IMG/VR virus record: IMGVR_UViG_3300034107_000607
DNA length: 64,000 bases
Origin: an uncultured virus (IMG/VR IMGVR_UViG_3300034107_000607)
Taxonomy: Duplodnaviria > Heunggongvirae > Uroviricota > Caudoviricetes
Direction: 5' to 3' (one strand)
The notes under the pieces are model-generated. The model searched no databases and had not been told where the DNA came from. It saw only the letters and a list, made by a program, of their open reading frames with translations. Every line of letters begins with the position of its first letter. The first letter of the stretch is position 1. Positions 56,297 through 64,000 of the stretch are shown piece after piece. A program made the translations under genes and the position numbers.

Positions 56297-58129
56297 ATGG
56301 CAAAAGAACAATTCAAAATTCTTACGCCGCGTGAACACGTGCGCGAACGAATCGGTATGTACATGGGGTCGGCAGCTCGGGAAGATGTTGACCGTTTTGT
56401 ACTTGGTAAATGGAAGACTGCAGTTTATGTTCCTGCACTTTCCAAGATGATTGATGAAATCCTCGACAACTCGATTGATGAAGCAATCCGTACCAATTTC
56501 CAATATGCAAACAAGATTGATGTTTCCATTGACGGAAACTGGGTGATGGTGACTGATAATGGTCGTGGTATTCCTCAAGAGGAAATTCATGACTCTGTTA
56601 CCAACGAGAAAATTCTCCGGCCGGTCGCCGCTTGGACCCGAGTCAATGCTGGCACATCGTTTGATGATAGCCGAGTGACCATCGGCACAAATGGTGTAGG
56701 TTCCTCTGCGACCAACTTCCTGTCAACAGAGTTCGTGGGGCGAACATGGCAGAATGGAAATATGCTAGAGGTGCTTTGCACTGAAGGTGGTCTTAAAACC
56801 AAAGTCAAACACAAAGCCAAAACTGGCTCTGGAACTGAAGTGTCTTTCATTCCTGATTTTTTACTATTTGAAGTTGACTCGATCAGCGACCTTGACACCA
56901 TCCAGCTAGTCGAGGATCGACTGATCAGCCTTCAAATGGCTTTCCCTGAAATCACATTCTCGTTTAACAAGAAGCGGATTCAAGTCCGTGACATGAAGCG
57001 CTATGCTGAAATGTTTTCAGAAGAAGGTGCTTCGGTTATCATTGAGAAATCAGAAAATCTGTCCTTCTTCTTTGCATCGTCTGTTGATGGTTTCCGCACC
57101 AATAGTTTCATTAATGGCGTGAATACACGCCAAGGTGGAACCTATGTAGAATACCTCGTGAATAACGTGATTGATGAGGTTCTAGCACTTATCAAGAAAA
57201 AGCACAAGGTCGAGGTTTCCAAGAGTGTTATCAAGAATGGTTTGACATTTGTTCTGTTTGCAAAGAATTTTGTCAATCCAAAGTTTGATAGCCAGACCAA
57301 GGAACGTCTGACCAATCCACTGTCAAACATCAAAGAACATCATGAGACTACCGATGTTCATGACTTCAAGCATATTGCCAAGCGGATCTTTGCTGCAACG
57401 GATATTATTGAACCAATTATTGCTGCACAACTTGCCAAAAAGATGGCAGATGATCGGCGCGACTCTATTGTTGCTCAGAAGAAACTCAAAAAGGTCAAGG
57501 TTGCCAAACATATCTCGGCAAATAATGTCAATGCACTTCTTGCCCTTGTCGAGGGTGACTCTGCTATGGGGTTCCTTCTGAAAGTTCGTGATGCTTCAAA
57601 GATCGGCGCATATCCACTTCGTGGTGTTATCATGAACACTTGGGATATGAAACCGTCCGATGTTCTTAAAAACAAGGAACTAGGTGAACTTGTTGCAATC
57701 CTTGGTCTTGATATCAATGATCCGAACAGTGTAGACAACATGACGTATCGTGGTGTGGCAACATTGACTGATGCGGATCACGACGGCGCTGGACATATTT
57801 CACCATTGATTGTGGCCTTCTTTTACAAGTTTTGGCCACGTCTCTTGACCGAAAAGCGTATTCATATTACCCGTTCACCGATCATGATCTCAACAAATGG
57901 TAAAGATGTCAAGTGGTTCTTTACATATGATGATGCAACAGAATTTAAATCTGATTGCAAAGGTTACACACACCGATATATCAAAGGCTTGGGATCATTG
58001 ACCGAATCAGAATATGACCGTGTTATCAATGATCCGGTCCTTGATACTGTAACAATTGATGATGCAAATTACTTTCAGATCATGTTTGGTAATGACGTAT
58101 CTCTTCGAAAGGAAATCATGACAAAATGA
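56297..58129 (+). CDS. 39: DNA topoisomerase II large subunit (gp39+60 fused)
   Basis: EILDNSIDE, DNGRGIP, GTNGVG, EGDSA, PLRG, DADHDG, YIKGLG. Confidence 0.96.
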   Translation: MAKEQFKILTPREHVRERIGMYMGSAAREDVDRFVLGKWKTAVYVPALSKMIDEILDNSIDEAIRTNFQYANKIDVSIDGNWVMVTDNGRGIPQEEIHDSVTNEKILRPVAAWTRVNAGTSFDDSRVTIGTNGVGSSATNFLSTEFVGRTWQNGNMLEVLCTEGGLKTKVKHKAKTGSGTEVSFIPDFLLFEVDSISDLDTIQLVEDRLISLQMAFPEITFSFNKKRIQVRDMKRYAEMFSEEGASVIIEKSENLSFFFASSVDGFRTNSFINGVNTRQGGTYVEYLVNNVIDEVLALIKKKHKVEVSKSVIKNGLTFVLFAKNFVNPKFDSQTKERLTNPLSNIKEHHETTDVHDFKHIAKRIFAATDIIEPIIAAQLAKKMADDRRDSIVAQKKLKKVKVAKHISANNVNALLALVEGDSAMGFLLKVRDASKIGAYPLRGVIMNTWDMKPSDVLKNKELGELVAILGLDINDPNSVDNMTYRGVATLTDADHDGAGHISPLIVAFFYKFWPRLLTEKRIHITRSPIMISTNGKDVKWFFTYDDATEFKSDCKGYTHRYIKGLGSLTESEYDRVINDPVLDTVTIDDANYFQIMFGNDVSLRKEIMTK

Positions 58130-58341
58130 AAAAGTCAATTATCTTTATTCTATCTGAGCTATTAATGTATGCACTTACCTTGGGTGTAGTCATTATTGTC
58201 CATCCTGCAATTCCGATTCATCTATTGTTTATTGTAGCGGCCATTGTTTACGGTTTTGCAACATCGATGTCATTGTTGCTTGAGTTTACAACCAAGATTG
58301 CCGTTAATTATTACTATGACCGAAAGGAAAAGAATAAATGA
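58126..58341 (+). CDS. Hypothetical membrane protein
   Basis: Two hydrophobic segments between the topoisomerase subunits. Confidence 0.6.
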   Translation: MKKSIIFILSELLMYALTLGVVIIVHPAIPIHLLFIVAAIVYGFATSMSLLLEFTTKIAVNYYYDRKEKNK

Positions 58342-59726
58342 GTGGGTTGACAAATTTCTTTGATGGTGATACAGTAGAATCAAATGGTAAAAAGGCTAAA
58401 TCAATGATTCGGGAATATCCTATCTCCAAGGTTGCTCGTAACGAGTGGTTACAATTTGCTCTTTATACAGTAGAGGCTAGAGCTATTCCAAGTATGATTG
58501 ACGGTATGAAACCCGTAAATCGCTTTTATCTGTATTCATCTATCAAGAATAGCAAGACCGAATTTAAAAAAGTCAGTGCTGTTTCAGGTGTGTTAAGCGA
58601 TTACGGGTATGCACACGGTGAAAGTTCTGCTGCTGGTGCCGGTCAACTAATGGCAGCTGATTGGTCTAACAACATCTGTCTTGTCGAAGGTCGAGGATCA
58701 TTTGGAACTCGTCTAGTTCAGTCTGCAGCCGCGGCCCGCTATACCTACACACGTCTCCACAAGAACTTCAATCGGTATATCAAGGACATTGATCTTGCTC
58801 CTGTGCACGACGATCCTGAACACGAACCACCTTCGTTCTATGTTCCTGTGATCCCTCTGGTTCTTGCCAATGGTGTCAAAGGTATTGCCACTGGTTTTGC
58901 AACAAATATTCTACCGCGTGATCCAGATGATCTTGTCCGTGCATGCCAAGAATACATTAAAACTGGAGACATCAAATCCAAAGTCAAGATCAAGTTTCCA
59001 GACTTCAAAGGAACCGTGACATATAATGCCGACGAAAACCGTTACTATTGTAATGGTATCTTCGAACGGAAGGGCAAGACAGTTCTGCTAATCACTGAGG
59101 TCCCATACGGTTATGATCGTGAAGGGTATGTCGAGGTTCTGGATAAACTAGAAGAAAAAGGCGACATTGTCGGATATGATGATCTCTGTGACAAGACTGG
59201 CTTCAAGTTCGAAGTCAAACTGAAACAGAATACATCTGCAAACTGGGACGACCAAAAAATCATCTCTGCTTTCAAACTGGCAAAACCATTCAGTGAAAAC
59301 TTGACTGTTATTGATAGTCGTGGTAAACTGAAAGAATATGACGATGAACGAAATCTGGTCCGTGACTTCTGCGATTATCGCACAACTATTCTTCAAAAAC
59401 GGATTGACCTACGGAAGGTTGAAACAACAGAACTTGCCCGTTGGTTGACTGTCAAAATGCAATTTATCCAAGCTGTTCTTGAGGATAAAATCAAGTTCAA
59501 GAACAAGAAAAAGGATGAAGTTGCAAAACAGATCTTTGAAACCACCGATGCAATTCAAGATGATATTGATCGACTGCTTCGGATCAACATTCTGAGTTTG
59601 ACTGCTGAAATGGTCAAGCAACTTGAAACTGAAATCAAAGATGCTCAAAAGGAACTTGTGTATTGGTCAAAAACAACACCCAAGGATCAATTCACCAAGG
59701 ACCTTACTGAGTTGACAGCCGCCTGA
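58338..59726 (+). CDS. 52: DNA topoisomerase II medium subunit (gp52)
   Basis: RAIPSMIDGMKP, YAHGE, GSFG, AARY, GIATGF. Confidence 0.96.
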   Translation: MSGLTNFFDGDTVESNGKKAKSMIREYPISKVARNEWLQFALYTVEARAIPSMIDGMKPVNRFYLYSSIKNSKTEFKKVSAVSGVLSDYGYAHGESSAAGAGQLMAADWSNNICLVEGRGSFGTRLVQSAAAARYTYTRLHKNFNRYIKDIDLAPVHDDPEHEPPSFYVPVIPLVLANGVKGIATGFATNILPRDPDDLVRACQEYIKTGDIKSKVKIKFPDFKGTVTYNADENRYYCNGIFERKGKTVLLITEVPYGYDREGYVEVLDKLEEKGDIVGYDDLCDKTGFKFEVKLKQNTSANWDDQKIISAFKLAKPFSENLTVIDSRGKLKEYDDERNLVRDFCDYRTTILQKRIDLRKVETTELARWLTVKMQFIQAVLEDKIKFKNKKKDEVAKQIFETTDAIQDDIDRLLRINILSLTAEMVKQLETEIKDAQKELVYWSKTTPKDQFTKDLTELTAA

Positions 59727-59732
59727 TAGCAC

Positions 59733-59751
59733 AAAGCCCGTTATGGGTTTT
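59733..59751 (+). terminator. Possible intrinsic terminator after gp52
   Basis: AGCCCG-TTA-TGGGTT followed by TT. Confidence 0.45.
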
Positions 59752-59805
59752 AGATAAAATCATACTAAGTGAACCAAGTATCAACTGACTAATGGAGACT
59801 ATATC

Positions 59806-60231
59806 ATGAATAGAGAACTTGCACTCGACAGACTAGTAATTACTGTACTTAAAGAGGGAGTCGAAACACTTCTTAGACTCGACGAAAAAGATAAAGATAG
59901 TGATATGATTCTTTCGATACTTCGAGTGATTGAATATTACAGTGTACCAAGTGAATATGAAAACTACTATGCAGAAAACAAGGCTCGAATTGATACGGTG
60001 CTAGGTACCAAGAATTTGCCAGCCAACACGTTTACTATAACTTGTGTCAATGAAAATATTGACGGTTCTGCTGATATTGAAGTAGAAATGGGACCTGGTA
60101 TGAAAGATAAAGTTCTAGACGCGGGACTTAACTTTCTTCTTGTGAAAGCAATTCTAGGTGGTACTACTGAGCAAATTCTTGAGTGGGCAACTCGCGGCAA
60201 ACAAGAAGTTGAAAGTAAAATCAGTTTATAA
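59806..60231 (+). CDS. Hypothetical protein
   Basis: RBS GGAG; ENIDGSADI motif. Confidence 0.65.
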   Translation: MNRELALDRLVITVLKEGVETLLRLDEKDKDSDMILSILRVIEYYSVPSEYENYYAENKARIDTVLGTKNLPANTFTITCVNENIDGSADIEVEMGPGMKDKVLDAGLNFLLVKAILGGTTEQILEWATRGKQEVESKISL

Positions 60232-60238
60232 CAAAACT

Positions 60239-60622
60239 ATGTTTTACGAAGTAGTAAACAAATCCAAACGAATCGAGACCGTGTTGCTAGACACCGCGGT
60301 CTCTTTTGCTTGTTCTTATCTTGACTTGAATAACGACATCGTGATTGAGTTCGAGAGACTTGAAAAACACCAGTATGGTTTCTGTGATTATGATGAAGAT
60401 GAAGTTATAGTCACCATTGCAAAAAGACTGTCACAGAAAGATATTATTCGGACACTGTTTCATGAACTAGTGCATGTCAAACAATACGTGGATGGTCGAC
60501 TAGATCACGGTCGCAAGTGGTTTGGTGTAGTCTATAAAGATGACTATGACAAACTCCCGTGGGAAATTGAAGCATATGAACTCGAAGAAAAGATGATGAA
60601 GGTGTTTTATGGTATCAATTAA
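60239..60622 (+). CDS. HExxH zinc-metallopeptidase-like protein
   Basis: TLFHELVHVKQY, PWEIEAY. Confidence 0.8.
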   Translation: MFYEVVNKSKRIETVLLDTAVSFACSYLDLNNDIVIEFERLEKHQYGFCDYDEDEVIVTIAKRLSQKDIIRTLFHELVHVKQYVDGRLDHGRKWFGVVYKDDYDKLPWEIEAYELEEKMMKVFYGIN

Positions 60623-60971
60623 ATCAACCGACAAAAGACTTTGTGATCGAGATATATGGCCGGGTCTTCCGTGGAATTGGAAAGACACACATCGCATTCA
60701 AGATGAATGTCGACGGCGTGCTATAGAAACAGGAATTACCGAAGAACCCAATTTGTCTTTTGCTGCCTCCCGTGAATACTCGAAGTATATGAGTCATTTT
60801 CCGTCATTTGGTGATCGACAGAAAATTATGTCAAAAATATATCCTATGAAACCAAGTAAACCAAAACTTGATTTTACCGAGGAAGAACTGAAATATCTTG
60901 CAGATCGACTATTTGGTGCAAATGATGAACTCGGCCAAAATATTTTGATAAAAATACAGTTGACTTTGTGA
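60609..60971 (+). CDS. Hypothetical protein
   Basis: ORF track. Confidence 0.55.
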   Translation: MVSIKSTDKRLCDRDIWPGLPWNWKDTHRIQDECRRRAIETGITEEPNLSFAASREYSKYMSHFPSFGDRQKIMSKIYPMKPSKPKLDFTEEELKYLADRLFGANDELGQNILIKIQLTL

Positions 60972-61113
60972 TCTTAATAGTATATACTGATTCTATAAGG
61001 TGAAAGGAACCTAATATGCTTAAGATTGATCTTTCTGACATTGCTTTGATTGCAGCTACTGCTTTTGCTTTCGGCATGATCATCTACGTACTTAGTCTCT
61101 AAAGGAATATAAA

Positions 61114-62010
61114 ATGGCATCACGTGTACAACTAATGAAACAGAAGGGACTTATCAGTCCGCCAAGGTGGCTACCTCAAAACATTCACTATGAAGTGATC
61201 ACCGGTTCTGTCAGCTATGCTGTAAGTTCAGACACTTCTGATATGGATGTTGTTGGTTTTTGTATGCCACCAAAAGATGACATCTTCCCGCACCTTCGTG
61301 GTGAGATTCCTGGTTTTGGTTTACAACACAAACGATTTGAATTATGGCAGGAACATCACATCATGGATAATGAATCTCGTCAAGAATACGACTTCAGTAT
61401 CTATTCAATCGTGAAGTTTTTTCAACTTGCAATGGAAAATAATCCGAATATGGTTGACATTCTGTTTACTCCACAACGGTGTGTTTTGTATTGCTCTACT
61501 GTTGCTCAGATTGTCCGTGATAACCGCAAACTATTCTTGACAAAGAATTCGTATCACAAGTTCCGCGGATATGCTTATGCTCAATTGCACAAGATCGGCA
61601 CGAAGTCAAATAGTTCCAATCCTAAGCGCCAAGCTGACATCGAAAAACACGGCATGGATCTTAAGTTTGCTTATCATGTTATTCGTCTTGCTCTTGAGGG
61701 TGAACAGATCTTGATGGAGCATGATCTTGACATTGAACGAAATGCTGAAGTCCTGAAAGCAGTTCGTCGTGGTGACTGGAGTGAAGAGAAACTCCGGAGC
61801 TGGTTTGATGCTAAGGAGAAACATCTTGAAGAACTTTATACCAAGTCAACCCTTCGGCATGTGCCGGACGAAGATGCTATCAAGGATCTTCTTATGACTT
61901 GTCTAGAACAGCACTATGGTTCTCTGGATCAAGCTGTCAAACGCGATGTTCCGGTAGAACGGCTTGTTGCTGAACTAAAGTCCGTCCTTGAAAAGTATGA
62001 AGGTAGGTAA
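61114..62010 (+). CDS. Pol-beta-superfamily nucleotidyltransferase
   Basis: GSVSY..SDMDVVG, NNPN, GYAYAQL, KFAYHVIRL. Confidence 0.85.
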   Translation: MASRVQLMKQKGLISPPRWLPQNIHYEVITGSVSYAVSSDTSDMDVVGFCMPPKDDIFPHLRGEIPGFGLQHKRFELWQEHHIMDNESRQEYDFSIYSIVKFFQLAMENNPNMVDILFTPQRCVLYCSTVAQIVRDNRKLFLTKNSYHKFRGYAYAQLHKIGTKSNSSNPKRQADIEKHGMDLKFAYHVIRLALEGEQILMEHDLDIERNAEVLKAVRRGDWSEEKLRSWFDAKEKHLEELYTKSTLRHVPDEDAIKDLLMTCLEQHYGSLDQAVKRDVPVERLVAELKSVLEKYEGR

Positions 62011-62217
62011 ATGGAATTAGGTTATAGAGACCCATTTACCTACAAAAAACTTCCACTGCTCCCAAGTATGAGACTTACAACTCATGTATTGAATATAGAA
62101 AACCTTATTGAGAAACATATGAATGTAGCAGTTCATCAATATATTCATGAACTATCCAGTGGAATAGACCCTCAAGAGAGTAAATGGTACAAAAATATTG
62201 TTGACAAATGCTTTTAA
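62011..62217 (+). CDS. Hypothetical protein
   Basis: ORF track. Confidence 0.5.
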   Translation: MELGYRDPFTYKKLPLLPSMRLTTHVLNIENLIEKHMNVAVHQYIHELSSGIDPQESKWYKNIVDKCF

Positions 62218-62355
62218 ATAGTTTATACTGATTCTATAAGGTAGAGGAAACCAGATGAACGAAGATTACGAGTATGATGTCTACGATGAGCATGACTGGT
62301 ATGCAATTCATTTCCCTGACGGTGATAATACTGACGCAGAAGAAGAGGAAACTGC

Positions 62356-62565
62356 ATGATAAACATAAACCGTGCAAAGACTGAATTTGAGAATCACACT
62401 AAAGAAACTCTCGATGTTCAATCACTAGGTGGTGCACTATATGCATTTGGTTCTGAACTTGCTTGTCTTCGTCTTGCAAAAGCATATCGACATTGCGGTG
62501 AACGAGCAGATTCCGGGTTTTCACAGAATCTGAAAACTTGGTACTTCCGTCTCGAAACTCTCTGA
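62356..62565 (+). CDS. Hypothetical protein
   Basis: AFGSELACLRL motif. Confidence 0.65.
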   Translation: MININRAKTEFENHTKETLDVQSLGGALYAFGSELACLRLAKAYRHCGERADSGFSQNLKTWYFRLETL

Positions 62566-62575
62566 GGAGAAAACA

Positions 62576-62863
62576 ATGGCTTACGCGCCTCTCGGTGTTA
62601 TTTCTATTTCTGGCTCCTTTGTCGAGCGTTATTGTGGTCACACATTCGAGTATATTGAAAATCCTGAATATGTACTCCATACTCCTGCACATGGTGGCAA
62701 AAATGTACATTTTCCTCACTTGATCTTTGTCGGACCTTTTGGTCAAGAAACTCGTCGAGCTCTAGTCAAAGGTTCCGTAGTTCATGTTGTCACCGATGAA
62801 ACCGATAATGGATATACGATTGAAAAATGGAACATCAAAAATCACAGGAAATATGCCAAATGA
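62576..62863 (+). CDS. Hypothetical protein
   Basis: RBS GAGGAG. Confidence 0.7.
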   Translation: MAYAPLGVISISGSFVERYCGHTFEYIENPEYVLHTPAHGGKNVHFPHLIFVGPFGQETRRALVKGSVVHVVTDETDNGYTIEKWNIKNHRKYAK

Positions 62864-63069
62864 AACTTGCAAATATCACTCTTGCCCGAGATGATCATGC
62901 GACTGCGACAATTCTTGCAAAGCAATATATTGAGACAGTTCCATTTTGGAAGATCACATGGGCACCACAGCACGTCATTTTTCACACAAATATATCGGAT
63001 GAAAACTGTATGATCGTATATCGTGCCGATAGAATTTTTGAAATTACAACGGAAGAACTTGAAAATTAG
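62860..63069 (+). CDS. Hypothetical protein
   Basis: ORF track, overlapping ATG. Confidence 0.55.
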   Translation: MKLANITLARDDHATATILAKQYIETVPFWKITWAPQHVIFHTNISDENCMIVYRADRIFEITTEELEN

Positions 63070-63128
63070 TGTTGACAAACAGGTTTAAATTGTTTATACT
63101 GATTCTATAAGGTAACACTGAGGAACCA

Positions 63129-63710
63129 ATGACAAATCTTGACCTGCAACAAGTCATCATCTACCGCAACAAGCGACTGAAGCTTGCTCACATTGCTGTA
63201 AACAATATGTTCACGAACAAAGGTCAGAGGAACTACTCTGCAACCTTGAACGGTGCATATAACAGTGCAAAGTATGCAGTTCGAGGTGCCGCAAACAACC
63301 CTTCTACTGAATATCAGTTCGGTTCGGCCTTTGTGACTCGCTTGATGAATACCGGTATCTCTGAATGGTCGGAAACCGATCGTGTTGAAAACCTGAATAT
63401 GAACCCTGCACTTCGGCTTGCACGTGAACTTCGTGAAACTCTCGAGGCTGAAGGTTATGATGTCACCGGTTGTTTCCGCGGCAAAAGTATCCGCAACACC
63501 GGAATCAAAGGTATCACGAATTTCATTATCAAGAATGCGACTCAGGGTCGTATCTTTGATATTGTCGGCAAGTTGACTGTCGGGATCGAAGGTCTAAACA
63601 TCAACAAGACCCGAAACACCATTTACATGCAGTATATCAAAGATCAACTGCAAACTCGCCGTCAAATTTGGTTCTTCATTCAAGAAAATCTGGATACCTT
63701 GACCCAATGA
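63129..63710 (+). CDS. Hypothetical protein
   Basis: Follows class 1 promoter and RBS. Confidence 0.7.
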   Translation: MTNLDLQQVIIYRNKRLKLAHIAVNNMFTNKGQRNYSATLNGAYNSAKYAVRGAANNPSTEYQFGSAFVTRLMNTGISEWSETDRVENLNMNPALRLARELRETLEAEGYDVTGCFRGKSIRNTGIKGITNFIIKNATQGRIFDIVGKLTVGIEGLNINKTRNTIYMQYIKDQLQTRRQIWFFIQENLDTLTQ

Positions 63711-64000
63711 CCGTTATCAAAGCAGAAACTAGCTATCCTAAGTTTTTTGAAAAGTTTGCACAGTTTTTGTGTGTTGAACTTGATATTAGACCCGCAAAAG
63801 TTACTATTGTTCCCTATGAAATGAATGATGGAACTCTTGGTCTTTGTCTTGATGTAACCGAAGATGAATTTCTTGTATTCGTCAAGGAAAAAGATCGAGA
63901 TATCGGTTGTATGTGCACGACCATTGCACATGAAATGATCCACGTGAAACAATTTCTGAAAGATAACTTGAACCACTGGATTCACACCTGCTGGGATACT
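63707..64000 (+). CDS. HExxH metallopeptidase-like protein, truncated by window end
   Basis: Manual translation TIAHEMIHVKQF; paralogous to 60239-60622. Confidence 0.7.
   Translation, partial: MTVIKAETSYPKFFEKFAQFLCVELDIRPAKVTIVPYEMNDGTLGLCLDVTEDEFLVFVKEKDRDIGCMCTTIAHEMIHVKQFLKDNLNHWIHTCWDT

Noticed and set aside
29836..63113. Recurrent ~40-bp sequence as a CRISPR array or IS ends
   Set aside because: Copies are kilobases apart, have -35/-10 geometry and precede RBS-ORFs; no spacers, cas genes or transposase.
1..64000. Alternative genetic code or stop-codon reassignment
   Set aside because: Core genes are full length in the standard code and no suppressor anticodon (CUA, UCA, UUA) is present.

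Overview
A 64 kb segment of a T4-like myovirus genome. The host is probably an alphaproteobacterium (inferred from a ROSE-like leader, a plcP/agt-like gene pair and GANTC-containing promoters). The left part (1-28.2 kb) holds core genes: gp48, gp4, gp2, gp54, gp26, gp51, a gp29-like tape measure, hsp20, dUTPase, regA, gp62/44/45, gp43, gp46/47, gp55, uvsW, uvsY and gp3. A putative DNA or sugar modification cluster lies between gp45 and gp43. The right part (28.2-64 kb) is an accessory region of short ORFs behind about 17 recurrent sigma70-type promoters. It carries RNA/translation maintenance genes (CCA-adding enzyme, TilS, Pth2, a TROVE/vWA-like protein, a HAD, a nucleotidyltransferase), an 8-tRNA cluster and topoisomerase II. 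Three free-standing homing endonucleases are spread across the window. The top finding is an apparent ribosome-mediated transcription attenuator in front of the tRNA cluster: codons 3-12 of a 19-aa leader (Y F I C K F E E Y M) use exactly the amino acids of the downstream tRNAs, and the leader overlaps an antiterminator for a strong intrinsic terminator. Other notable items are tRNA-Lys/Cys with long variable arms, a probable -1 frameshift joining gp26 to gp51, a covarying RNA leader shared by two homing endonucleases, and twin antisense promoter-hairpin elements. Product calls come from motif recognition and synteny only; no database searches were run.
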